From NCBI RefSeq assembly GCF_004010195.1, contig NC_057719.1, positions 52,906,745 to 52,970,744 of the forward strand: 64,000 nucleotides of DNA. Reading direction: 5' to 3'. The DNA is from Chiloscyllium plagiosum (Eukaryota). Position 1 is the stretch's first letter. The number at the start of each line of letters is the position of its first letter. Below are positions 11,985 to 24,470 of the stretch, piece by piece. The position numbers and the translations under genes are program-made. Below the pieces are notes generated by a model that was given only the letters and a program-made list of their open reading frames with translations, made no database searches and was not told the DNA's origin.

Positions 11985-14364
11985 GATGTGGGATCATGGC
12001 TTTCAGTTTATTAGTTAATGTTATGTTGTCACTCCCTACATAATACACTTCAGCATCATATACATAGTGCTTGCTCCTCAAGAATAGTTTTAAAGTTGGA
12101 AAGAACTTCACTATTATAAATATAATTCACTATGTCCACTTTGGGATTTTATCCAGTACAGAGATTTCATTACTAATTGCATTTTTATAATAATAAAAGG
12201 TCATTCTTTATGATTGATATTTTTTGTGCGCCTCAACATTTATGTCCATCTTTTTTTTAAAATGTCTGTTCATTTTATGGATGTAATAAAAGTCTGACAG
12301 GTCATCAGGCTAATTCTGTTAAACCCCTTGGCAAACTTGGCCCAAGATATACTAATCTTGTTTAGATCAGAATAACTGTTTAATTACTATTACCTATAAT
12401 CTGTCACCTGAACAAAGGCAACTTTTGAGAAAACATTTAATGCTTCTTGTCTGTTTTTAAGATATATTCATTTGATTTCTTTATCCTTTTCAAAAATCAA
12501 ATCAGCTTAACATTTACATTTTTTTGCTGATATTTGAGTATTGCATATCTGCCAGTCAAATTTGCTGCATTTGTGTTTCTGTGTTTAAGTTGCATTGCAC
12601 TTCCCACATCCTATGTTCATCACCACATGCGAATTACCCCATACTCCTGCTCAGATTGTAAATGTTCTCATGGTTACATATCTCAGTTGTTTGCCATTGT
12701 TCTTAATTACTTATTGTACTTCTATACTCATTCCTTTTTGATATTAATGTCTTTACACTGAAATCCATTTTCTTAACCTTGGTTTATAAAAAGTGCTAAA
12801 CATACACTCAGTGTGTGCCTATGTAGTATACTTTTCATTGAATATCAAAGCTAATTATCTATTCAGTATCCCTGGTACTTTTTGTTAGTTCGTTAGAGGC
12901 CATATCCAGGCAGAGACAGGAGGTTGTGAATGGTCTCCTTCTGCACTGTGACATGTCTATGATTTTTATTTTCATTTTCTTTGTTGTTATACACTTTTCT
13001 AAATAGTATTTTATGATTTCTTTGTTTTTCTTTGACATTTTTATTTCATACCCCCTCTTTATTTTTTGTGAATCTTTATTGCCTTCTCTTTTTGCATTTG
13101 CATTCTTTCCTTTATTATTTTTGTGTTTTTCATATGCATTGCATTTTCTAATCCATTATTCTCATGCTCAGCTAACTTATTTTCAGTGTAATATCTCTCA
13201 ATCTCAATTGATACTTTCCTTAAATATTATTGATTATTACAGCAGTATTTTATTGCAACAGACCTGCTAGCAGATGGCAAGGTTGGAAGTGAGTAGGGTA
13301 AACTTGCATTACAGTAATATTGTGGTTCATTAACTCTCCCTTAGCATTAGCATCTCACACCTGGGTTTCCTGACCAATAACAGGATTTCCAACATTTTAT
13401 GCTTTTATTCCATCATTGATCAAAAGCCCTTGACATAGGCAGCAGGTGTATAACTTTGCTATTCACAGAATTCCCAGCCTGTCAGTTTATTTGATTAATG
13501 ACTCCCCACTGTTTTCCACCTCATTGACCCTGAAGAATTCCATGTAGCTTTGAGTGCCTGAGTACTGCCTGGTAAAGCCAGAATTCTGAGCAAAGGCCAG
13601 CAGTAATTGCCAGTTTAAGATCGCCCATAGTTTATCATGTCATTCTTTGGTTCCATTTCATCCTGGCTACATCCCCTCTCATCCCACTGAAAGAAGCCAC
13701 TTCTAATTTTGATGTTTTACTTTACATAATTTCTTGCTTTTCTACATTACTCAATTAAATCTCATGATACAATGGCCAGTTTTATCAAAACGTTATTCCA
13801 ATGACACTTAGTTCTGTTGGCCCACTTCATTCCTCAGCACACAATCCAATAATACCTCCTCTATAGTTAAAATGGAGAAAAATCACATTCAAGACAATTC
13901 TCGTCACATTTCAGAAATTCTTCTCCTTCCTTATCCTTTCCTCTAATATTATTCTAATTTGTCTTTTGATCATTTGAATCCTCCAAAATCACAGTTCTAT
14001 AGTTCTTGCTCAACTTTGTGATTTGCTCCTTTACTTCTCTCTCAAACATGGAAATCTACAGAATTATTCCAATAGCATGAGCATATTCTTTTCCTTCTCA
14101 ACATAATGAAATTATTTTGTTCTTCTTTGTCACATGCTCTTCTTCCAACACTACAATGTACTCCATATTGCCATTCTACTTTTCTGTTTTTCCTTTTCCC
14201 CTCATGAACCTAAGCACTGAGTGCCCAGTCTTCATTATTCGCTAGCCAAGTTTCTATTGCTGTTATTATATCAAATTCCCATATGGCTATCTGTGTTTCT
14301 AGCCCAACAACCTTATTCCACATTCATATGTTACGAACCTGTCTAGATATTTATGTGTTATTGC

Positions 14365-14532
14365 TTCAAGTCCTATATGATTCTTCTTCAGATTCTTCTG
14401 CAGTTCTGAAGAAGAGTCACACTGGATTTGAAGTGTCAACTCTGATTCTCTCCCCATAGAGCTGGTAGAGTTTCTCAAGCATTATCTGTGTTTATTTCGG
14501 ATTTCTAGCATTTGCAGTATTTTGCTTTTATT
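14365..14532 (+). mobile_element. Family-2 PLE-derived hammerhead repeat, degenerate, with a short inverted remnant
   Basis: AGTT-CTGAAGA-AGAGTCACACTGGATTT-GAAG-TG-TC-AACT at 14402-14441. AGTT pairs with AACT as stem I. An inverted TTCTTCAGA lies upstream. Confidence 0.7.
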
Positions 14533-14659
14533 GTTTATATTGCTGTTACGTGTGAAACTATAGACAAGGGTCTAAAGTGATTATCATAATCTGAGATCCA
14601 CTATCAATTTTGTAAACATTATCCTCTTTTTACTTAGTGATGAGTTTAAATTTTTAAAA

Positions 14660-15337
14660 TTCATTCATGGGTTGTGTGTGTCAAGGCTAGGTCAGCATTT
14701 ATTGCCTCTCCCTAATTGCTCAGAGGGTAGTTAAGGGTCAACGGCATTGTTGTGGGTCTGCAGTCACATGTAAGCCAGACCAGGTAAGGATGGAAGTTTT
14801 CTTCCCTAAAAGAACATTAGTGAATCAGAGAAGTTTTCCCAACAATTGACAATGGATTCATGGCCATCATCAGGTTGAGAGGTGACTTAATTGAGACATG
14901 TAAAATAATCAGATGGTTGAATAGGGTGGACAGTGAGAGCCTTTTTCCTCTGATGCTGGTGGCTAGCACAAGGGGACATACCTTTAAATTGACAGGTAAT
15001 AGATATAGGACAGATGTCAGAAGTAGTTTCTTTACTCAGAGAATAATAAGGGTGGGGAACACCATGCCGTCAACAGTAGTAGACTCGCCAACTTTAAGGG
15101 CATTTAAACGGCCATTGGATAAACACATGGACAAGAATGGAATAGTGTAGGTGAGATGGGCTTCTGATTGGTTTCACAGGTCGGCGCAACATTGAGGGCT
15201 GAAGGGCCTCTATGGCACTGTAATGTTCTATGCTCTATCATTAGACACCTAATTCCACTGCTGTGATAGGATTTGAACTTGGGTCCCCAGAACATTATCT
15301 GGGACTCTGGACAATACTACTAGACCGTCGCCTCCCC
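14660..15337 (-). mobile_element. tRNA-derived SINE (GGGAGGCGA..GG head, GCAATAAATGCTG tail) interrupted by a CR1 fragment
   Basis: 14660-14872 plus 15239-15337 together are the reverse complement of the copy at 38452-38742. Confidence 0.8.
14872..15238 (+). mobile_element. CR1-like LINE 3' fragment nested in a SINE
   Basis: ORF 14860-15150 (RLRGDLIETCKIIRWLNRVD...TRGHTFKL...FFTQRII) and tail CTGTAATGTTCTATGCTCTAT. Confidence 0.9.
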
Positions 15338-15354
15338 GTCAGCAAATCACATAT

Positions 15355-15843
15355 ATTAGCAAGTTTTGAGAAGACTTGTTGCTCAGGTTGAGATTTTGGA
15401 CGTAGGTTTGCTCGCTAAGCTGGAAGGTTCATATCCAGATGTTTCGTCACCCTACTAGGTAACATCTTCAGTGAGCCACCAGGCAAAGCAATTCTGATTA
15501 TTTCTGCTTTCAATTTATATGTTCGGGTTTCTTTGGGTTGGTGATGTCATTTCCTGTTGTGATGTAATTTCCTGGTCTTTTTCTCAGGGAGTGGTAGATG
15601 GGGTCTAATTCGATGTGTTTGTTTTTTCCTATCAACAAACACATCAAGTTAGACCCCATCTACCACCCCTAAGAAAAAAGAACAGGAAATGACATCACCA
15701 ACCCAAAGAAACCCAAACATATAAATAGAAAGCAGAAATAATCAGCATTGCTTTGCCTGGACGCCCACTGAAGATGTTACCTAGTAGGGTGATGAAACAT
15801 CTGGAAATGAACCTTCCAGCTCAGCGAGCAAACCTACATCCAG
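15355..15843. mobile_element. Penelope-like element terminal fragment (family 4) as a long inverted repeat with two hammerhead motifs
   Basis: Arms about 15396-15625 and 15632-15843 are reverse complements. Hammerhead cores at 15435-15474 (-) and 15765-15804 (+). 10-bp TSD AATCACATAT at 15345 and 15844. The inner arm encodes INKHIKLDPIYHP, resembling the Penelope/Poseidon ORF C-terminus. Confidence 0.85.
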
Positions 15844-17589
15844 AATCACATATGTGATAGAAATCAATTTGCCCTATAATTGCCAATCTCCATTATAAAC
15901 ACCAAATGCAAAATTAAAATAATTAATTTCCTGAAATCCTAGCTTAGATAAAATGGCAGCAAATAGGAGTAGAGCAGGATTGGGCTGGTTGACTATGTAC
16001 TGCTATTTTAATACTATATTTGCCCTTCTCTAGCCAGCTAAAAGTGAAAAACCTTCTTTTTGCAAACATCACATAATTAAAGGCTTCTAACTGCAGGTGT
16101 GGAAAAAGCTGATTTTCTTGTTATGTTTCTAGACTTGTTAACTGATCTTGGGATATTTCCGTTCAATTTCTTCATGCCATATTTTAGTTCTGGAGTTGCA
16201 TTTATTTGTATTAATTTCATTGCTATGCTTAACTTTGTTTTAATAATTTAATCCAATTTTAATTTATGAATTATTAATTTCTGTCACTTGAATGCAATAG
16301 TCTTGGTTTTCTGATAAACTCACTTTAATTTCATTATGTACATATGCATACATGATACAAATTGCTTCCACAGAAAATAAACAAAATTCTGAAATTTAGT
16401 GCACGACAATTTCCTGTAAAAATGGATTCAAAGCAATGTTTTATTTAATTTTGATGTGAAGACTACTAAGATGTCTGACTTAATTGTCCTTCAAGTATAT
16501 TGGAGCTTTCCAAGTAACTCACATTTACATTTGTGTAGTCCAATTGTTTGATAGGGTGAAACAGTAGGATCAATAGTAACAAAAGAATTTTCTGGTTTTC
16601 TCAACTGGAGACTTTGGGTGGGAAAGGACTTTCTATGTGGTTCTCTCAATTTCCAATCATAAAGTTAGCAGAAACCCTGGAGAATAGTCAAAGATGCATT
16701 GGAACTAATCATGTTAATATATCTAGGATATCACCAATGTTTTGCTGAAGTCACTGGAATAGATAAGTTTAATTCTCATGTAAGTACAGATTATAGACAT
16801 CCCATGCTCTGGCTGGGAAAACTTGAGCATTCTTGAATTCTGGTTTTCTAAATTTTATGGCCGGTTTACAAAAGCCACATTCTTGATACCTTCATGATCT
16901 GGCAGGAACTATTAGACTTTTCATTACATTAATCAGTTACCACCCATAATCTGTTGCATGACTAGAATCAACCAATATAAGGCTGCTGTTTCAATTCTCA
17001 AGTTAATATCAGGTCAGGTTTCCAACTCAAGGAACATATTGAAAGTATTACCAAACCGTTACAAGGTATAAATCTCAGATTAGAATGTTTCCAGGAATCA
17101 AAGTGTTGTATACCTCAGTCAAAATTTGCTTCTAACAAGTAGCAAGAAGTGCTTCTTTGGTTTTGTCTTAGGAGGTCTTGGGTCCAAACCCAGATCTAAA
17201 CAATCCCAGTGAGGGAAGTAGTGAGCTTTTCCTCAAAATTTGGATTTGAGATAAGGCTAGAAATTCACTTCCAGTGAGCTTGGCTGGCCTCCAACTTAAC
17301 TGGACTGGAGGGGATGAGAAAGTCCTCCTCATGTATGAGACAAAGCACCTGTAAAAATAATTGTGATCATGGATAGAGTATTTATGTTCTATTCAGACAA
17401 TGAATCAGCCTGAAAAGCTTTCCACTATGATACACTATTCTCCTCAGGAAAAAGTTTGGAACGATGTAACATCCAAGCAGCAAGTAATCACATCTTATGA
17501 CACAGCCCTTCAGGTGGTAACCAGAATTAGCCCCAGAATAACTTTAGTTCAGTGTTAAAACCATTATTCAGAAGGCCATTAGATTGAAT

Positions 17590-17942
17590 TTTACTTAAGA
17601 ACTTGAGCACATAATCTCAGCTGACAGTTCAGTGAAATACTGTGGAGTGCCATCCCTTAGATGAGATATTAAACACAAGCTTATCTGCTCTCTCAGTTGA
17701 ATATAAAAATCCCATGGCACTAGTCAATAATAAGCAGGGACGTTTTCTAGTATACTAGTTATTTTTTTAACTCTCAATTGACATCTGAAACCAGATTATC
17801 TGATCATTATTTCATTCTTGTTTCTGACACTGAGTACAAACCTGCCACTGCACTCTCTTAGATTATGACAGTGACTATACTTCAAAACTACCTCATTTTG
17901 TTGTAAAGTACTTTGAAACATTTAGAAGTCATGAAGATCACT
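17590..17942 (+). mobile_element. Deu-domain SINE, old
   Basis: AGATGAGATATTAAAC...TCTGCTCTCTCAG...AAAATCCCATGGCACTA...CAGATTATCTGATCATTAT...GACAGTGACTATACTTCAAAA...TGTAAAGTACTTTG; similar to 4170-4614. Confidence 0.75.
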
Positions 17943-18337
17943 TACTTAGTTCCTCCAATCTTAACCTAGATAATAGTCAACAAACTTTATCACTCACTCT
18001 GGTTTCTCAAAATCTCTTACACTCCAGCCCAGGAAATGTCTTGGAGATTGTCCTTAAATACATGTCCCTTGATCTTCATGGCTCAGTCATGCTTTATTCT
18101 AAATTGTGATATGTACTGTACTGCCACTGCAGAGGAGTATTTATCAGGAAACAAAGGAAATGTCCTACCAGCATCTTTGTCTTCCTGCACAATGTCTCAA
18201 GTGCCTCTGGCCAATCCTGTGTAATACTTCCTCATAAATTGTGCTCATGCTTGTGTGATGCCCAGGATCTTACAGAAGCAGCACTGGTGAAACATCTTCA
18301 ACATACACAACATCTTTGTTGTTCCCTTCCATGTTGC

Positions 18338-18643
18338 ATAGAAAGGAAACCGATTCTTTTGTCCAACTCATGCATGTCAACCAGAAATTCTAAGTTAATC
18401 TAGTCCCACTTCCCAGCATTTGGCCAGTATCCCTCTAAATCCTTCCCATTCATATACCCATCCAGATGTCTTTTAACTGTTGTAATTGTATCAGCCTTCA
18501 CCAACTTCTCTAGCAGCTTATTCCATACATATATCACCCTCTGCATGAAAAGGTTGCCCCATGGCTCCCTTTTAAATCTTTCCTCTCTCCTTAAATCTCT
18601 ACTCTCTAGTTTTTAGACTCTGCTACCTTGGCTATTCACCCTG
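18338..18643 (-). mobile_element. HER1/CR1-like LINE 3' fragment
   Basis: Reverse complement of the 3' region seen at 2160-2450 (CATATACCCATCCAGATG, CACCCTCTGCATGAAAAGGTTGCCC). Confidence 0.88.
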
Positions 18644-19963
18644 TGTCTCGCTGGCATATTGGGGTTGATATGACAATGGAACATGTAGACTAATTACTCA
18701 TGGAGCAGTTTGAGGCCTAATGCAGCTTTGCCAATTCTGATGTGGCTGTCAATGTCTCTATCACCCTCGTTGGTGACGCTGCTTCCAAGGGTAGGATAAA
18801 TGATTAATGTCCTTTTTTTTGTATTAATTTGGCTTACTTTCTATATCCAGAATCCTTGATATTTTATTTCAGGATGGTAATGGGTAAAATATGGCCTTTA
18901 TTGCTTTCAAGTTATCAATGTCTCTATCTTCTTGCAGCTGATTCATAGATTGCTACTCTCAAGATGGATGATCATGAGAGACACTATATAAATATAATCT
19001 TTTCTTTTCTACTATCTGGTTTGTGTAGGCTTTGAGAGTTCCTTAACTGATGTTGTACAAGTCCCTACTGGCTGCAAGATGTGGTATGTTTAGCAGAAAT
19101 GCATTACTAACAAATCAGGATTTCTTTCATGAAGCAGTTAGAAGCCCTCAATTGATCCCTCAAAACATTATCAGTGCTGTGTGGTGAGGGATCTGTACTA
19201 ACAGAATGGTTAAATTCTTTTTGATATGAGTCACTTTTATTGGATCAGTGTTTCACTTGTCCTCATCCTTAAGACATTAGTTAGAGGAATCACCAAAAGG
19301 ATTTCATACTATGCTATACATGTCCAATCATTAGGATGACCAAATATATAGCTTGAAGTCTAGCTGAGCAGCTCTACCAAGCAAAAAACTAAATATGAAA
19401 TAGAAAGAAAGACTACAGAAGGAAAAATCAAAATACAGTGTATTCAGGTAATAAGTAGCTTACAATGAATAAGTTTCACCCAAAGTGTTAGCATGTGGAT
19501 AGGTTAGTTCTCCATTTGTTTTGGGGAAGTAAATCTTGTAGAAATTATTATAACAAGGATATAAAAGATGAGAATGCTGATACTTCAAGACATAAATATA
19601 ATTCACAGGTGATACACCAAACGCAGAAAATAGTTTATTCCTACTAGCTCAGAATTTGCTTGGAGCATTAGAATGACATAAGATTGACACAGGGCGGGCT
19701 TTATCTAAATTCTGACCTACTAACATTTGGGTCCTATTTCATAAAAATCTGTTGAACATTTTTGTTTCCAGAACTGAATTCCTTGTGCTACTTTGTACTG
19801 GTTTAAAACCAACAGATGGTAAATAAGCCATTCAAAAACCAGAGTGGGTGCCTGGTGCTGAAAGGTTGCTCCAAAGAACCTCTTTGATATTTGGGATGAA
19901 ACAACATCACATGACAAAACCCAAAGGCACCAACCACATGTACTGTTCATCCACAAGCATGTG

Positions 19964-20562
19964 TGTTATGGACTAGGCCAGACCCTCTCAAAACAGTAAG
20001 TAACCCGGATCCTAACATTGCTAGATTTTAAGCAGGTGGAAGGTGGATATTCAGGAGTGAGGCAGCTGGCCCAACCACTTAGTTTTAAACAAAACAGAAT
20101 TTATTTGCAAGATTACCAAATGAAACATGAACAAAAGAGAAGAGAACTGAATATAAAATAGCAAACTATCCGAAAACCCAACAGACTATCTCAATTTAGT
20201 GATGCTGTTCCAAATACTTAGAACTATTCCCAAAAACATCCCTTTGCAAAACAAAATGTAAAATTCAACACAGGGTCTGACAGGAGAGATGTCAGAGAGA
20301 GAGGGGATCAGCATGGACCTGCCTCTTTGCGTCCAGCAGCTTCACAACTGACTGCTTGCTAAAACCAAACCAAACCAAACCAAACCAATGGAAAAACTGA
20401 TCTGGAAAAACTGGCCATTCCTCTTTCATTGTACAAGTTTTTTTAAACTTGAAAGCTTCTTCAAATAGATCAACCCCGGACAATTCAGAATCTGTGTCTT
20501 TATGACCACCTGAATAAAAACCAAGGAGTAGCTAACCTTATTAACGAAGCAGCATCATCACA
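19964..20562 (-). mobile_element. Probable solo LTR (about 600 bp)
   Basis: TGTTATG...CATCACA termini (TG..CA), AATAAA on the minus strand near 20100, near-TSD TGTG/TCTG, and full-length similarity to 52997-53664. Confidence 0.75.
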
Positions 20563-21012
20563 TCTGGCATTTGCCAACATGGCCACCATGGCGTTTCCCT
20601 GATACACTGTAAGCTGCTGAAGAAGCACACCCTTACACTGCAGAGCACAGCAGCTACCAGGACTGAAAGGCTGCAGGAAACACACTTTATTTGCAAGGAC
20701 AGGCATTCAGCCCAAGTATTGACCAGGATCTCATGGCTACTTGATTGTGCTGTCAGTACTTTTTCAGCATGTCCATCTTGCCTTGCCACGATAACTCGCA
20801 GTCACAGGATAAAGCAACTTTCCATTCCATTCAGAAGTCTTGTGTCATTTCTTACTGTATTGCAGTGTGCTACGTCAATCTCACACCTACACCATGTGCC
20901 TGCAGCTCCCTCTTATATTCAATATAAGCATCGAATGCTCACCAGCAATATCTCTGAAGGGAGGTTGGGGTTACCATTTACTAGAACTTAATTTCACCAG
21001 ACACACAAATGC

Positions 21013-21217
21013 AGTTAAAAATCACACAACATCAGGTTATAGTCCAACAGGTTTAATTGGAAGCACTAGCTTTCGGAGCGTCGCTCCTTCATCATGTGGC
21101 TGATGAAGGAGCAGCACTCCAAAAGCTAGTGCTTCCAATTAAACCTGTTGGACTATAACCTGATGTTGTGTGATTTTTAACTTTGTACACCCCAGTCCAA
21201 CACCGGCATCTTCAAAT
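21013..21217. mobile_element. Palindromic PLE-derived insertion (family 3) with two opposed hammerhead motifs
   Basis: Arms 21013-21094 and 21101-21182 are near-perfect reverse complements. Core CTGATGA-A-GGAG..CTCC-(G/A)AAA-GC-TA-GTG. TSD CACAAAT(G/A)CAGT at 21004 and 21218. Confidence 0.88.
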
Positions 21218-21951
21218 CACAAATACAGTGACCACATGAATCAGTCAGAGGTAGGGTATTCTGCAGTATGTGACTCATCATAGCCTTTACATCATCCACA
21301 TTCCTTTCTTCAGATAGAATAAGTTAATGAACTCTTGCCAGTCCTCCTCTGGCAGCTGTATTCTGTTTACTGTTAAGTGCTGCCCTTGGAGAACCTTTGC
21401 AACCTTTTTGCTAAATGCAGTATCAGGACACCTCACAACATTTGTGCATCCTTTTTAGTCTACCCATTCAGAATGAATAGCAGTGCATTTGTGTATCATG
21501 CTCAATTTGTGCTCTTTCATCCATTAAATCACTGCATTGGATTATGTGGAGTTTCTATTGCTTGTGATAAGAAAACATTTCTGAGGTGGACATGTATTCA
21601 TACCAGGTTAACAAAATGGTTTATCACTGAACAACAAATGGTGGGAGATGTGAAGTACTCCTATGCAGTCACAAGGAAGCAATTTTATATCTGTGCAAGT
21701 AATTAGATTTTAGCCTTTCAGAAAGCTTATTATTCTTTTGCTGCCAATGAGCATACTACTGCTGTTAAATCTTCTCAGCCACCTTTTGGCATTTTGTGTG
21801 TGCCACTGCTTTCACATCCTTACTTCAGGAAAACAGAAAACTTTCTTCATGGGAAAGTTTTATAAATACTTGAGATTCCTCTTCTTCTGAAACAACTACT
21901 CAAGAACAAAAGTTGAATATTCTTATATAACCAGCTGTCCCTACTGGCAAC

Positions 21952-22143
21952 GGGGCTTGGTTTAGCTCAGTTAGATAGACAGCTGATTTGTGATGGGCTC
22001 AATTGCCACAGCAGCTAAGATTACCTTTGCAGCCTTACCCCTTGCATGAGGCAGGGTGACCCTCCGGTTCATACACCACCGGTCACTTCTCTCTCTACTG
22101 AGCGCACAGCCCTACGGTCTGGTAGGACAATGGCAACTTTACT
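21952..22143 (+). mobile_element. Short tRNA-derived SINE (unclassified)
   Basis: A-box-like TAGCTCAGTTAG at 21963 and a degenerate B-box GGGCTCAATTGC; ends GGCAACTTTACT. Confidence 0.55.
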
Positions 22144-22234
22144 AGTAATCTACATGACTTGCTATTGCATCTCCCATTTTCTCATTTTTGGCACCGCTAA
22201 CAGTAAAAGGATCAGTTGGCATAAACAGAAGTGT

Positions 22235-22453
22235 GCTGAAAATGTGTTGCTGGAAAAGCACAGCAGGTCAGGCAGCATCCAGGGAACAGGAGAATCGACG
22301 TTTTGGGCATAAGCCCTTCTTCAGGAAGAAGGGCTTATGCCCGAAACGTCGATTCTCCTGTTCCCTGGATGCTGCCTGACCTGCTGCGCTTTTCCAGCAA
22401 CACATTTTCAGCTCTGATCTCCAGCATCTGCAGATCTCACTTTCTCCTCAAAG
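22235..22453. mobile_element. Palindromic PLE-derived insertion (family 1) with two opposed hammerhead motifs
   Basis: About 90-bp inverted arms centred at about 22323. Perfect 14-bp TSD ATAAACAGAAGTGT at 22221 and 22454. Same sequence as the 3' end of the PLE at 44874-45004. Confidence 0.93.
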
Positions 22454-22969
22454 ATAAACAGAAGTGTCCCAGGAAACTTGTGATTTACAAGCTAGAAAAA
22501 ATTCACCCAGATTCCAACTTATGTGTTCAAGGTCTGAGTTCATTATCCCCTCAATAAATTCTCCTACAGTCCCAAGGTGAACTTTAAGCATTCATCCCCT
22601 TTTAAAGCTTGCAGTTCCAGTATTATTTTGCCATCAGAATGCTTCCCAACAGGAGATGTTCTGCCATGCCCAGGATATACTGTTAGGTCCAAGGTGGATA
22701 CTCTGGCATCAAATATATCAAATTTTCCCGCAGTGTTTACACATTGTCACTCATTTTTACAGGTTTGTGAATTATTTTGATACTTTATTGTTGTAAATGA
22801 ATCTGTAAGAGTTAATATTGAGTGCCAAAAGTATCATGCACTATAATGTCATTAAGTGGACCTGTGTCCAGAGGACCTCAGAGGAGTAAGACCTATCAGA
22901 ATTTCCACATTATCAATTTAATCAGTATTTTTTCCTCTAACATATTGGATAAAGGAAGCCATGTATTGA

Positions 22970-23236
22970 ATCATAGAATCCCTACAAGAGGCCCTTTGGC
23001 TCTCGGAGTCTGTACTGATCCTCCAAAGAGCCTCCCACCCAGACCCACGATATCCCTGCATTTATTATGGACAATTGACCTAATCTGCACATTTTTGGAC
23101 TGTGGGAGGAAACCAGAGCACCCAAAAAGGAAACTCACACAGACATGGGGAGAACATGCAAACTCCATACCGACAGTCGCCCTAGGCTAGAATAGAACCC
23201 AGGTGTCTGGTGCTGTGTATTCTATTCACTGTACCA
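22970..23236 (-). mobile_element. HE1-like V-SINE (diverged)
   Basis: TGCACATTTTTGGACTGTGGGAGGAAACCAGAGCACCC...GGGGAGAACATGCAAACTCCATAC is the reverse complement of the V-SINE core. Confidence 0.9.
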
Positions 23237-24251
23237 TCATACAGCCCTTCAATTAAACAGACAGTGAACTTCCTACATAGTGAGGTGCAGACTCCAGTTA
23301 GCTGTACATACAGCATGGAGTGGATGTTTGAGAAGTTTTCAGCACATTCACTTTTAATTCCTCTGCAGGGAGCAGCTGAACATTTAACACCTTTAAAAGA
23401 AGAAAACCTTGTGGCAAGAGTCAGCAAGGAAATATCTGCAATCAATGGTCAAGGCATTTCAGACCCGATGAATGATTTGTTGCAGTAGGTAAGTAAGGAA
23501 TTCCCTGGAGAAGGAGAAGAAGGAGAAGGAGAATTAGTTACACTAAAGCGGATACAGATGATTGCATCAGATGGTGGTGATCTGTCAGAGTAGTCCCAAT
23601 CTGGGATTCAGCTGGAGTGTGAGCAGACATTGGAGATTCCATGAGTAAAGTCAAAACCCCTGCAGGTCAAGGGAATACTTTAGAAAATGGTGCAGGCCAG
23701 GAAAAACAAATAGGAAAGGAAGTACTTACAGCTCAGATCAAGTGTAACTGCCATAGCAGGAGGGTACCACAAGGCAGCAAGGAAAATCACGGACCAGAAA
23801 GTGATTTAAACTGAGGTCAAAAACCTAGGGACATCACAAAGCCAGAACTTAAATTTACATAAGGGCAGAGTATACATTGAAACAGACGAGGTCTGAAGGA
23901 AGAGTGAAGTTCAGAGACTTTACAAAAGACATAGGAAAGATGGGAGATACTTCACTGAAGCCACATTTAATGCAGGGGAGCAGGACACATTTGGGAAAAA
24001 AAACCCAAAGAAATAGCATTTGACATTGGAGCTCCAGTTAGCAGAAATCATGCAGGGAAAAAAAAAAAACTGTTGATGAAGAGAATTACATATTTTGAAG
24101 CTCAAGTGGTGGTGCATAAAATTATGATTATTGCAGGCACCATTTATTAAAACATAGGCTGTGGATTCATTCAGTGAAGCTATTAAGGAAACAGCAATCC
24201 TTTATTAAAGCTGAGAAGAGTAGGATGAATCTAGTGATGCTGTGGTTATAG

Positions 24252-24470
24252 CTGAAAATGTGTTGCTGGAAAAGCGCAGCAGGTCAGGCAGCATCCAAGG
24301 AGCAGGAGAATCGACGTTTCGGGCATGAGCCCTTCTTCAGATTCCTGAAGAAGGGCTCATGCCCGAAACGTCAATTCTCCTGCTCCTTGGATGCTGCCTG
24401 ACCTGCTGTGCTTTTCCAGCAACACATTTTCAGCTCTGATCTCCAGCATCTGCAGTCCTCACTTTCTCCT
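24252..24470. mobile_element. Palindromic PLE-derived insertion (family 1); both hammerhead cores intact
   Basis: About 89-bp inverted arms around ATTC (24341-24344). Perfect 15-bp TSD ATGCTGTGGTTATAG at 24237 and 24471. Confidence 0.94.
24341..24376 (+). ncRNA. Putative minimal type-I hammerhead ribozyme (PLE type)
   Basis: ATTC-CTGAAGA-A-GGGC-TCAT-GCCC-GAAA-CG-TC-AATT. All conserved core residues are present, but stem I is imperfect in this copy. A mirror core lies on the minus strand at 24309-24340. Confidence 0.75.

Noticed and set aside
21013..24470. Palindromes as DNA-transposon MITEs, pre-miRNAs or CRISPR repeats
   Set aside because: TSDs are long and variable (10-15 bp), the arms are asymmetric, family 1 matches a PLE terminus, and there is no repeat-spacer periodicity.
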